The notes beneath the pieces were generated by a model. That model was not told where the DNA came from, did no database searches, and saw only the letters and a list, made by a program, of their open reading frames with translations. The position numbers and the translations under genes were made by a program. A stretch of DNA of 24,000 nucleotides from Promethearchaeia archaeon (lineage in GTDB: Archaea; Asgardarchaeota; Lokiarchaeia; Sigyniarchaeales; SOKP01), in assembly GCA_046483985.1 (NCBI GenBank), contig JAWOCD010000039.1:60274-84273 (forward strand), in the 5' to 3' direction. Of the stretch, positions 15,844 to 24,000 are shown piece after piece. The number at the start of each line of letters is the position of its first letter. Position 1 is the first letter of the stretch.

Positions 15844-16542
15844 ATGGCTACTAAGATTAGATCTCTTGGAAATGCTTGTCTGGAGTTGATTGATAAAGAT
15901 GATCACTTGATTTTTAATCCTAACTACATTATTTCCCCCGAAAAGGGGATAAATCACCTTTTTCTCACGGACATTGATCCCAACCACCTCAACCTTGAAA
16001 AAATAAATGAAATCAAGAAAAAGTTTTCCAGAAGAATTGAATTAAACGAAGAAGCGGAGGATGAGGACGAAGAAGCGGAAGAAGAGGAGGATGAAATGGA
16101 ATTGGATCTAATTATCTATGGACCTGAAACCGTTAAAAAAGAAACCGAACTGGAAATTGAGGTTCTAAAAAGGAATAAAGAAATAATAAAATTAAAAGAT
16201 TTTCAAGTAGAAGCCCATCAAGTAGAATGTTTTAATACCGAGGCTTGTATCTCTTATATCATAAGAAGAGGTGATATTACAATCTTGTTTTCTGGTAATA
16301 CGTCAAAATTTTCAAAAAACCTTAGACAATTAAATGAAAAAATAGATTACTGTTTTATTCCCAGTATCGAAGAATTTTTTGATCATTATCTGGATTTTAT
16401 TAAAGAAGTATCTCCCAGAGTGATCTTCCCGCATCATTTTAAAACAGGAGAAGAAGAAAAAGCAAAAAATCTTGTTAAAATTATTAGAGAAGAAGGCTTT
16501 GAAGCGCAATTTTTAGAAATAGGTGACGAATTCGAATTTTAG
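15844..16542 (+). CDS. metallo-beta-lactamase-fold-like protein with degenerate metal-binding motifs and an acidic insert
   Basis: 232 aa. IRSLGNACLELI..HLIFNP...INHLFLTDIDPNHL parallels the MBL pattern (i.wlGHa.f.i....ilfDP...d.vliTHxHxDHl), but with N/D/I/P at the ligand positions. SGNT replaces GDT. The insert is EEAEDEDEEAEEEEDE. Confidence 0.55.
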   Translation: MATKIRSLGNACLELIDKDDHLIFNPNYIISPEKGINHLFLTDIDPNHLNLEKINEIKKKFSRRIELNEEAEDEDEEAEEEEDEMELDLIIYGPETVKKETELEIEVLKRNKEIIKLKDFQVEAHQVECFNTEACISYIIRRGDITILFSGNTSKFSKNLRQLNEKIDYCFIPSIEEFFDHYLDFIKEVSPRVIFPHHFKTGEEEKAKNLVKIIREEGFEAQFLEIGDEFEF

Positions 16543-16565
16543 TTTTCTCTTATTTTATGTATTAT

Positions 16566-17447
16566 TTAATAATCCTCTTCATCAGAAATTAATAATTGCT
16601 TTTCCGGGTTTTCATTTTTTTTCTTGTCACTTCCTACTCTTTGTATAAGCGTGGGGGTTCTGATTTCCACGCCGTAGTTTTTACATGAAAGAAAGACCGC
16701 TTTTCGTAAATCATAATCAAAATTTGGGATAATTTTGCTGTTGTTAATATAGACCAGGAGACGGTAGATGATGGCATAGTCATCAAATTCATATAGTTCG
16801 ACTCTCGGTTCGGGGAATTGTAGGATATTATTAAATCCTTCCGCCGCTTCTAATAAAGCCTTTTCTACTTTGTCGGGATCCGTATCATAATCCGCTGTTA
16901 TTTTCACTTCTCTACGGAGCACTTTATTTTTTCCGTAATTTTCAATCTCTTTCTTTAGCATTTTCTGATTTGGAACCGTTATGGTGACTCCATTAATATC
17001 TTCTAAGATGGTAAACATTAATTTTATTTTAATAATGTCGGCTAATTTTCCGATAAACATGATCCTATCTCCCACTTCAAAGGGTTTGCCGGTCATTATG
17101 ATAAGTCCCGCGATGAGATTACCGAGCGTATTAATCGAAGCAAAACCTATAATTGTTCCTCCCGCAGCCGTCAAAATACCAGCTAGAAATCCGAAAGTCT
17201 CGCCAAATTGAATGGATATAACTATAAAATCTATAGTGATAATTAATATTTGTATTAAGCTTATAAGATTTTTAGCTGTATTCTTGATAATAAATCCTTT
17301 TTTTGCTAACCGCTGAATACTGTTCTTGATTATAAGATAAATTACATAACTAATTAAAAGAGTGGCAATTGAGACTCCAAATGGTAAAATATTAATTGTG
17401 AACCAATCAGCTATGTCTTCCAAAATTGTTTGTGCTAAAATCTTCAA
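16566..17447 (-). CDS. small-conductance mechanosensitive channel (MscS family)
   Basis: 293 aa. N-terminal TM helices, the pore-helix region LGNLIAGLIIMTGKPFEVGDRI, then a beta-domain. The TTG start is obligatory, since a TGA stop lies immediately upstream in frame. Confidence 0.85.
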   Translation of the reverse strand: MKILAQTILEDIADWFTINILPFGVSIATLLISYVIYLIIKNSIQRLAKKGFIIKNTAKNLISLIQILIITIDFIVISIQFGETFGFLAGILTAAGGTIIGFASINTLGNLIAGLIIMTGKPFEVGDRIMFIGKLADIIKIKLMFTILEDINGVTITVPNQKMLKKEIENYGKNKVLRREVKITADYDTDPDKVEKALLEAAEGFNNILQFPEPRVELYEFDDYAIIYRLLVYINNSKIIPNFDYDLRKAVFLSCKNYGVEIRTPTLIQRVGSDKKKNENPEKQLLISDEEDY

Positions 17448-17485
17448 TCAACTCTTTTTTGATAAAACTTATATTAAAAAATATA

Positions 17486-17665
17486 CTAAATTTTCCTTTG
17501 GTCAAAATTATGGGGTTCTGAAATTTGGAGTTTTTGGAATTCGTAACCGCACATTGGACATTTTAGATTTTTGCCGTGCTGTAAATCGGGAGATTTGATT
17601 TTTATTTTACACGGGTAACCACACGCAGGGCACGTAACGGTCAAATGATTCTTATTTTTTTCCAT
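17486..17665 (-). CDS. small zinc-ribbon protein (59 aa), not in the supplied ORF track
   Basis: My translation is MEKNKNHLTVTCPACGYPCKIKIKSPDLQHGKNLKCPMCGYEFQKLQISEPHNFDQRKI*. It has two CPxCG knuckles 20 residues apart. It has an ATG start and ends 38 nt upstream of the co-directional MscS gene. At 59 aa it falls just below the track's apparent 60-aa cut-off. Confidence 0.6.
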   Translation of the reverse strand: MEKNKNHLTVTCPACGYPCKIKIKSPDLQHGKNLKCPMCGYEFQKLQISEPHNFDQRKI

Positions 17666-17839
17666 TTTACTTCTTAAATATGAAATATTATTTCCTAAAT
17701 TTAATTTTGATCATTAAATTCTAAAAAGAGATAATAGAGCATAAGCCCGGGATCTTATTTTTAAAAGTGTAATTTTTAAATATTTGAAAAAAATCATCAA
17801 TTAAGTGTACAGAAATAATTGCAATCATTGGTGAGATAA

Positions 17840-17980
17840 ATGTCAACGAAAGATTTAACATTGTTAAAAGATATTGGTGTGAAAGAAGTTGAAAAATTAG
17901 AAACCATAGAGGTAAAAACGATAGAAAAACTGGCAAATGCAAATCCAGATGACCTTATTGCAGTAAATCTAAATTGTTGA
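17840..17980 (+). CDS. small helix-hairpin-helix (HhH) protein (46 aa), not in the supplied ORF track
   Basis: My translation is MSTKDLTLLKDIGVKEVEKLETIEVKTIEKLANANPDDLIAVNLNC*. This fits the HhH pattern L..i.GiG...a.kL...gi.tie.La.a.p.dL. A GGTGA Shine-Dalgarno-like site lies 5 nt upstream of the ATG. The competing 73-aa antisense ORF (17721..17942) is a Leu/Phe/Ile-rich string typical of antisense noise. Confidence 0.55.
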   Translation: MSTKDLTLLKDIGVKEVEKLETIEVKTIEKLANANPDDLIAVNLNC

Positions 17981-18188
17981 GATATTGTTCTAAATACGGC
18001 ACAAAACCTTCTGGAATAAAGAACAAAAGTGATTCGAATTGATCTTTGTTAAGTTTTACCTTTTTTTGGTCTGTGAGAAGATTCAACATCTTGAGTACAT
18101 CCGCTTCGTCCACTTCCAAGATGGATGCAATTTCTTCACTTTCAAAATTTCCTTTTTTTGACAGCATTAGTAATATGCTATTCTTCAT
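17955..18188 (-). CDS. small winged-helix-like protein (77 aa)
   Basis: ILLMLSKKGNFESEEIASILEVDEADVLKMLNLLTDQKKVKL resembles MarR/ArsR-type wHTH cores. It has an ATG start. Its 3' end overlaps the convergent HhH ORF by 26 nt. Confidence 0.5.
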   Translation of the reverse strand: MKNSILLMLSKKGNFESEEIASILEVDEADVLKMLNLLTDQKKVKLNKDQFESLLFFIPEGFVPYLEQYLNNLDLLQ

Positions 18189-18292
18189 TACAAATCGGAT
18201 TTAAAGAATGTGATTTATTCACAATCAAATAATTTGAAGTATTATTCTAAATTATATGCTTATGTAGTTTTTAAAAAAGGTTGTTTGATTAT

Positions 18293-20053
18293 ATGGATAA
18301 TGAAGAAATTGAGAAGATACTCTGGATTAATGGTCTAAAAAACGCATTCGAATTTGAAGGAGAAGCCGATAAAAATTCGGTGATGGGGAAATTAATGGCG
18401 GAAAGAGAGGATTTACGACCACAAGCTAAGAAAATACTCCCTCTTTTAGACCGAATCATTCAAGAGATTAATGAATTATCTGTGGAAGAACAAAAAAAGA
18501 GACTATTGGAATTAGACCCTTCTGCGTTGGAAGAGGAGGAGTCCACGGAAGAAGATAAAGAATTACCTGAACTTCCGAATGTAGATAAATATGATAAAAT
18601 CGTAATGCGCTTAGCACCGTATCCCAGTGGAGCCCTTCATATCGGAAATGCCCGTATGATCGTCTTAAATAATCGATATGTCGAAAAATACGCTGGAGAA
18701 TTGATTTTGTTCTTTGACGACACCATTGGAAGTCCAAAATCTCTTAGAGATAACCCAAGAGCGAAATATGTGTTGCCCGAATCATACGAGATGATAAAAG
18801 AGGGTTTGGATTGGTTAGGCGTTAAATATTCAAAAGTGTATTATAAAAGCGACCGGTTGGAACGGTTTTATGAGTATTGCGAACGTTTAATAAAAGATGG
18901 AATGGCTTATGTCTGTAAATGCTCTGCCGGGGAATTCCGTGAAAAATACAAAAAACAAAAGAAAGAATGCCCCCATCGTGATTTCTCCATTGAAAAGAAC
19001 TTGAAAGAATGGAAAAAAATGCTCGATGGCACTTATGAAGAGATGGAAGCAGTAGTGAGGCTGAAAACGGGGATGGATCAAAAGGATCCCGCCTTACGAG
19101 ACCAAATCATTATGAGAATTTCCGAAGCAGAACATCCACGCGTTGGCGCAAAATATCGTGTGTGGCCAATGCTGGAATTCTCTTGGGCAATCGATGATCA
19201 TCTCATTGGGGTGACGCATATCTTACGTGGATCTGATTTGATAAAGGAAGATTTTATCGAGGAATTTGTTTGGGACCATTTTGGTTGGAAAAAAGCAGAA
19301 TTCTTGCATTACGGAAGAATAAATTTTCCAAATATGAAATTAAGTAAGACCACTACTCGCAACAAAATACAGAAAGGGAAATATGAGGGGTGGGACGACC
19401 CGAGAACATGGTCTTTACAATCACTTCGAAAACGGGGCATCCGTCCTAAGGCATTGGAAGAAGCACTCTTAGACTTAGGAATGTCTCTTTCAGGGGTGAC
19501 ATTTTCTGTGAACTGGCTATATTCAAAAAACCAAGATATCATTGATAATATTTCTAATCGCTATTTTTATGTTGAGGACCCGATTTGTTTAATCATTGAA
19601 AATGTGCCTTTTGAAAGTATTATTGCAGAGCCTTTATTATTGCCCACAAAACCGGAAAAAGGGCGAAGAACAATCAAGGTAGAAGCCACTGAGGGTAAAA
19701 CAAAAGTTTGGATTCCACGCAAGGACGCTCAAAAGTTCGAAAAAGGATTAATTGTTCGCCTAAAGGATTTAATAAATTTTAAAGTGCTATTAGTCAACTT
19801 AGATGAGAATGTAATCAGAGGGACATTTCATAGCGAGGGATTAAACCGAGAATATAAGATTATTCATTGGGTGCCATATAATAAAAATTTACCCGTTATA
19901 GTGATAAAACCAGACGGATCGAGGAAAAAAGGCTATGGAGAGATGAACTTAAAGGAGGTCCCGCTCAAAGAGTCAATTCAGTTTGAACGATATGGCTTTG
20001 TTAATCCCTACAGATTTAAAGAGGATAAGTTAATCTGTTATTTCACCCATTAA
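18293..20053 (+). CDS. gltX: glutamate--tRNA ligase, archaeal/eukaryal type
   Basis: Contains the HIGH motif (PSGALHIGNAR), the KMSKS motif (MKLSKT), ILRGSDL, and a C-terminal beta-barrel anticodon-binding region. ATG 18293 (MDNEEIEKILW) is preferred over the TTG at 18281. Confidence 0.9.
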   Translation: MDNEEIEKILWINGLKNAFEFEGEADKNSVMGKLMAEREDLRPQAKKILPLLDRIIQEINELSVEEQKKRLLELDPSALEEEESTEEDKELPELPNVDKYDKIVMRLAPYPSGALHIGNARMIVLNNRYVEKYAGELILFFDDTIGSPKSLRDNPRAKYVLPESYEMIKEGLDWLGVKYSKVYYKSDRLERFYEYCERLIKDGMAYVCKCSAGEFREKYKKQKKECPHRDFSIEKNLKEWKKMLDGTYEEMEAVVRLKTGMDQKDPALRDQIIMRISEAEHPRVGAKYRVWPMLEFSWAIDDHLIGVTHILRGSDLIKEDFIEEFVWDHFGWKKAEFLHYGRINFPNMKLSKTTTRNKIQKGKYEGWDDPRTWSLQSLRKRGIRPKALEEALLDLGMSLSGVTFSVNWLYSKNQDIIDNISNRYFYVEDPICLIIENVPFESIIAEPLLLPTKPEKGRRTIKVEATEGKTKVWIPRKDAQKFEKGLIVRLKDLINFKVLLVNLDENVIRGTFHSEGLNREYKIIHWVPYNKNLPVIVIKPDGSRKKGYGEMNLKEVPLKESIQFERYGFVNPYRFKEDKLICYFTH

Positions 20054-20122
20054 TTAAACCATCTCTTTTTTCCATATTTGATAATTTTTAAATAACGACA
20101 AATCAAAATATTTTGATAAGAT

Positions 20123-22054
20123 TTGCTTACATTCATCCTTTTATTAAATAAAGAAAATTATATTTTATTTAACAAAGAAAACGAAAAAATAACATATTGG
20201 AGACTTTTTAGTTTGGTTTCTCATTTACCTTGTATTAAATGTGGATCAAAATTAAGTATTGTAGAGGGTTCTTTAGTTAATTGTTTCAGTTGTGGTACCA
20301 AAAATACCTATAGTGAATCTTTAGATTTACTGAATAATTACCTTATGGAAATCTTAACTATATCCTCTATTAAAAAAATAGAAAAAGAAGAGATTACCGA
20401 TAAAATAATCCAGTTAAGAAAAAAGTCATTAGAGATATACTTTCATGAATTGAATTCTAAATATTATGGGTGTAAAAATTTAATAAAATCTAAGCTCGAT
20501 AAGGAAGATATTGAAAAGGATAAATTATTGGAATTAATTCGAGCATGTGGAACCTTTAATCTTATTATTTCTCAATATTTACTGCCCCATTTAGAGAATG
20601 GAGTTTCAAAGAGAAGATTTGAAGATATGGAAATATTTTCTTATATTTTTCATAAAGCGCTCTTAGGCCTTTATTTTACTGCAGAAGCAAGAACGAACTT
20701 CGAATATGAGCGATGTAAAGAAAATTATAATTACGCAAAACGGAATTATAAGGAAGGAGAGGAATTTTTATCCAGTAAACTTGGCGATCAAGAGCAGTCA
20801 GAATTCAAAAGGTATTCTATGTTATTTTCGATTCTTTCACAATTAACAGAGATATTGAAAACTATTTTAAATGAAAATCCGAGCTATTATACTGAAGATT
20901 TAGAAAATTTGATTAGTCAAATTGATTCTATTAAGGAAAAAAATATTCAGATTTCCAATTTACGTTCTCAAATTAACGAAATTTATAATCTTGTAAGGGA
21001 AGCTCCCTTAATTCTAGAGGAAATAAGAGTTGCAGATATATTTTCTCTTTTAGACCCACTTGATGACAACCTCGTTTATCAATCACAAGAAGTATTAGAA
21101 AAAGTGGAAAGAATCAAAAATTGGATTGAAGATTCCACAGATCGATATCAAGATATCCAAAAAAAGCTCCTTAGCCTTCATTCTGGAAAGTTTATCAAAT
21201 ATCTTAAAACATACCGTCAAGAATTTGATACTCGAAGAAATAACAACATAGAACAGTTTGATGAGCTCTTAGATAAGGTCATCAGCCGATCAATTGGGGA
21301 TTATAATATGGAAACCATTGAAATTTTGGATATTTTATCTGACTTTATCCAGAAATCCGATGCGTCAGAAGAGTCGATTATTAAGAGATTTGAAATTGAG
21401 CATGATGATTTGGTAAAGTTTGATGAAACTCTAAAAAATTTGGTCATTGAGTTATTTAAAAAATCTTATCGCACAGATCTGGAATCGGAATATTATAAAG
21501 ACTTAATATCAATGATTTCTGATAAACATTCCGAGTTTGACAGGTATATATTAAAATTTATAAATTCTTTATTACGTCAATTTGAGAAAAACCGAAATGA
21601 GGAGAAACTATCAATTGAGGAACAGAGAAATCGCTTTGTAGTTGATTTACGACCCAAAGTGATGAAATGTATCAATGCAAGTTTCACGCTTGATGAGAGT
21701 TTGATTCCGTATCCTCTTTTTTTGGAATTAATTATTTTATCAAGACAACTTACCGTTGGCGAACCCGAAAAGATCACTTTGCTGATGGAAAATCCCAGCT
21801 CGACAGATTTTAAGAATGTAAATATCACATTTTTTGCTCCTAATTCGTTTAAATCCAGATTGCGATTTGCCCAAATGAAAAAAATTAAAGCTAATGAAGG
21901 TGTAAAAGTCGAAACGGAGGTTGTCCCTACGGAGAAAGGAGTATATCATTTCATGGCAATGGTGGAATATACTACGAAATCAACAAATGAAATGTTTTGG
22001 ATGCCCTCCATCAAAATTGAATTAGAAGTAGAGGATACATTGCAACTCTCTTAA
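20123..22054 (+). CDS. hypothetical protein: N-terminal zinc ribbon, long helical region, beta-rich C-terminal domain
   Basis: The N-terminal ribbon is CIKCGSKLSIVEGSLVNCFSCG (CxxC-x14-CxxC). About 450 aa of heptad-like helical sequence follow. The C-terminal ~90 aa (ITLLMENPSSTDFKNVNITFFAPNSF...GVKVETEVVPTEKGVYHFMAMVEY) resembles CARDB/NEW3-type beta-sandwich patterning. The start is uncertain: TTG 20123, or in-frame TTG 20213 preceded by a GGAG. There is no ATG before residue ~75. Confidence 0.6.
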   Translation: MLTFILLLNKENYILFNKENEKITYWRLFSLVSHLPCIKCGSKLSIVEGSLVNCFSCGTKNTYSESLDLLNNYLMEILTISSIKKIEKEEITDKIIQLRKKSLEIYFHELNSKYYGCKNLIKSKLDKEDIEKDKLLELIRACGTFNLIISQYLLPHLENGVSKRRFEDMEIFSYIFHKALLGLYFTAEARTNFEYERCKENYNYAKRNYKEGEEFLSSKLGDQEQSEFKRYSMLFSILSQLTEILKTILNENPSYYTEDLENLISQIDSIKEKNIQISNLRSQINEIYNLVREAPLILEEIRVADIFSLLDPLDDNLVYQSQEVLEKVERIKNWIEDSTDRYQDIQKKLLSLHSGKFIKYLKTYRQEFDTRRNNNIEQFDELLDKVISRSIGDYNMETIEILDILSDFIQKSDASEESIIKRFEIEHDDLVKFDETLKNLVIELFKKSYRTDLESEYYKDLISMISDKHSEFDRYILKFINSLLRQFEKNRNEEKLSIEEQRNRFVVDLRPKVMKCINASFTLDESLIPYPLFLELIILSRQLTVGEPEKITLLMENPSSTDFKNVNITFFAPNSFKSRLRFAQMKKIKANEGVKVETEVVPTEKGVYHFMAMVEYTTKSTNEMFWMPSIKIELEVEDTLQLS

Positions 22055-22122
22055 ATTAGAATTTATTTATAAAAGGAAATCTAAAATTATTAGTATTTGA
22101 ATTGATTCTCAATATTTAGAAT

Positions 22123-23304
22123 ATGAATCAAAATAAGGACGACAATTTAGGAAAAAAATCTCCCGAACAGAGTAAGAAAGATGTGGTGGGAGAGAAAGTG
22201 GAAGAGAAGTGGGAGTTCTGCCCGAATTGTGGTGCAAAATTACCTAAAATAGAGAATCTCCGATTCTGTATCAACTGCGGAACGGATCTTCAATATATTA
22301 AAAACCATAAAAAAGTTCCAGCAGCAGGTCCAAAAAATCCCTATAAGAACGCTCAAGAGCATCCACAAACTCAAAAGTATGTCCCCTCCCAACAATATTC
22401 ACAACCTCAATCTTATATCTATGACTATTCTGAACGACAAGAAAAAATTGAGGAAGAAAATATTGAGACGACAGATAAGAAATTATGGGGGATCAGCGCG
22501 TCTATCGGAATCCCGCTCTTAGCATTTATTGTTATGAATCTTGCGGTCGTGGGGGTTATGGTAATTGTTACACTCTTTATATATGATTTGGAAGTATTAT
22601 ATAATCTATTAACCAGCCCTATTTTTATTATCTGCACGAGTATCGTGGAACTTATTCTCATTATTTTCCCGCTCTATTATGCTGGGAATTATTTAAAGAA
22701 TCCAACATTGACCAATCGGTTCAGATTGTTAGGACTCTCCACAAAGAGGTTGGCTAATATTGGAATTGTAAAAGAGTTGGCGATTGGATTATTTTTTGCA
22801 GTAGTAGGAATCTTTTTAGTTGGATTTGTCTCACTCGCCACTGAATATCTCTTAGAGATCTTTTTTGATATTCAAATTGTTGCTGCGGAGGAGGTTCCAA
22901 CAAATGATATTGATCTCGTCATATCCTCTGCGGATCTTTTTACAATTATTCTGTTAGCTGTAATAATGATTGGAGTTGTGGGACCGTCTGAGGAGATTCT
23001 ATTTCGTGGTTTTATGCAAAAAGGATTAGTGAAACAATTAGGAGATAAGGCAGGAGTTCTTATTACAGCCTTTATTTTTGCCCTTATTCATCTTATCACT
23101 TTGGTATTTATGCCGATGTCCTCTCCGTTTACATTTTTTATTCTCTTTATTTTAATGTTTATGCCTTATTTCGCCATTTCGCTTATGCTAGGCTTGATAT
23201 TTCGGTGGAGAGACCAAAACCTCATCGCTGTTATAATCTGTCATGGACTCTACAATTCCTTTACCGTTATATTTGCATTTATTTTCTCTGGTCTACTTAT
23301 TTAA
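22123..23304 (+). CDS. CPBP-family (CAAX protease/Abi) intramembrane glutamic endopeptidase with an N-terminal zinc ribbon
   Basis: The N-terminal ribbon is CPNCGAKLPKIENLRFCINCG, followed by a P/Q-rich linker and then multiple TM helices. CPBP motifs are present: SEEILFRGF (EExxxR), FALIH (FxxxH) and HGLYN (HxxxN). Confidence 0.85.
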   Translation: MNQNKDDNLGKKSPEQSKKDVVGEKVEEKWEFCPNCGAKLPKIENLRFCINCGTDLQYIKNHKKVPAAGPKNPYKNAQEHPQTQKYVPSQQYSQPQSYIYDYSERQEKIEEENIETTDKKLWGISASIGIPLLAFIVMNLAVVGVMVIVTLFIYDLEVLYNLLTSPIFIICTSIVELILIIFPLYYAGNYLKNPTLTNRFRLLGLSTKRLANIGIVKELAIGLFFAVVGIFLVGFVSLATEYLLEIFFDIQIVAAEEVPTNDIDLVISSADLFTIILLAVIMIGVVGPSEEILFRGFMQKGLVKQLGDKAGVLITAFIFALIHLITLVFMPMSSPFTFFILFILMFMPYFAISLMLGLIFRWRDQNLIAVIICHGLYNSFTVIFAFIFSGLLI

Positions 23305-23321
23305 CAATAGTTGGTGATATT

Positions 23322-24000
23322 ATGACACTCTATAAAAAATATAAAAAATTTGCAAAGAAAAAGGGCAAGGCTAAAATGATAGGCATTGGTGCCGGAACAA
23401 ACCACGAACAAAATGTCAAGCTTTTAACAGCCATTAATGAATTTATCAATGAATTTAATTCCAACGTCTCAATTTTTGGTACTCAAGAGGCTTATAATGA
23501 TCTAACCAACAAAAAGAAGTTATACTCGAAGAATGAAGAAAAAATCTCCATAATTGCTGATGAAAATCCCGAGAAAAAAATACTTTCTAACGTGAATGAG
23601 AAGAAAATCGCTGGGGCAATTCGAGGGGGACTTCCATCTCACACATTTCTCGAAGTTTTAAAACATCTCTATCAAATGCAGGAAACATATCGTTTAGCAT
23701 TGTTGGAAACCAATGATGGATACGATTTCTTCTATGGTCCGGTAGGTATTGATGAATGCGGTACGTTTAAAGAAAAAAAGGATTACATAACTTATTCCTT
23801 TGTGGAATTTAATAAAATTGATATTTCTCCCAATATTAGCGTGTTAAGCGGTGGAAGGAAAATGGATGTGGGGAGAGATCAAACGGTGGATAAGAGTTTA
23901 CAAACGGCTGAGAATTTGGTAAGTTATTTCCAAAAAGAATCTCCTGACTTGGAAATTTATCACGATGAGATATTGATTGAAAAGGCGGTTCAAAGGCAAT
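23322..24000 (+). CDS. phosphate acyltransferase (PTA_PTB)-like / MtxX-like protein, 3'-truncated by the window edge
   Basis: The frame is open from the ATG at 23322 to the window end, and GGTGAT sits 4 nt upstream of the ATG. MIGIGAG...AGAIRGGLPSHTFLEVLK...LALLET.DG..FFYGPVGIDE recalls the PTA/PTB fold family. The family assignment is from memory only. Confidence 0.45.
   Translation, partial: MTLYKKYKKFAKKKGKAKMIGIGAGTNHEQNVKLLTAINEFINEFNSNVSIFGTQEAYNDLTNKKKLYSKNEEKISIIADENPEKKILSNVNEKKIAGAIRGGLPSHTFLEVLKHLYQMQETYRLALLETNDGYDFFYGPVGIDECGTFKEKKDYITYSFVEFNKIDISPNISVLSGGRKMDVGRDQTVDKSLQTAENLVSYFQKESPDLEIYHDEILIEKAVQRQ

Noticed and set aside
17362-17598. 78-aa plus-strand ORF overlapping the MscS 5' end and the zinc-ribbon gene
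   Set aside because: It is antisense to two better-supported genes and has no motif, so it is likely spurious.
17721-17942. 73-aa minus-strand ORF (MHLPVFLSFLPLWFLIFQLL...)
   Set aside because: Its Leu/Phe/Ile-rich composition is typical of antisense frames in AT-rich DNA. The opposite strand encodes a motif-bearing HhH ORF with an SD-like site.
1-24000. CRISPR arrays, rRNA genes, integrase/att sites, toxin-antitoxin pairs or known defence-system cassettes
   Set aside because: I could not see regularly spaced direct repeats, rRNA-like sequence, tyrosine/serine recombinase motifs, or a recognisable defence gene set. The many short antisense ORFs inside long genes (for example 706..903, 2730..2912, 3752..4018, 4414..4650, 8186..8428, 12729..13019, 18468..18737 and 21577..21828) are considered shadows of the real genes.

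Overview
AT-rich segment (roughly one-third GC by eye) that looks archaeal: an archaeal-type GluRS, an archaeal 1-Cys peroxiredoxin with a C-terminal Cys pair, BRE/TATA-like promoters, GGTGA Shine-Dalgarno-like sites, obligatory TTG starts, and a tRNA with a bulge-helix-bulge-type intron. Most of the window is ordinary chromosomal housekeeping and metabolism. It holds a KDPG aldolase + KDG kinase pair, two methyltransferases (one a beta-class DNA MTase with no visible nuclease partner), and a cofactor-independent phosphoglycerate mutase. It also holds an amidase, a peroxiredoxin, a sugar-phosphate nucleotidyltransferase, two HAD hydrolases and an SGNH hydrolase. The rest is an ADP-ribosylglycohydrolase, a stand-alone RAM-domain protein, an MscS channel, GluRS, and a CPBP/Abi intramembrane protease. 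I see no CRISPR array, rRNA or recognisable canonical defence island. Six things stood out. (1) A small repeat family derived from the 3' end/right end of IS200/IS605-type tnpB, with three clear ~75-nt copies plus diverged ones. Two copies sit directly upstream of internally deleted tnpB relics, one of which keeps an intact 106-codon frame. (2) A tRNA-Arg(GCG) carrying a 29-nt insertion in the variable region that fits a non-canonical 45/46 intron. (3) Two plausible small genes below the 60-aa cut-off of the ORF track (a 59-aa zinc ribbon and a 46-aa helix-hairpin-helix). (4) A co-directional pair of zinc-ribbon-fronted proteins: a 643-aa helical protein with a beta-rich C-terminus, followed by a ZnR-CPBP protease. 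(5) An MBL-fold homologue with every metal ligand replaced. (6) A 590-bp apparently non-coding gap containing a perfect 14-bp palindrome. All functional calls rest on motif recognition by eye; no database search was possible.
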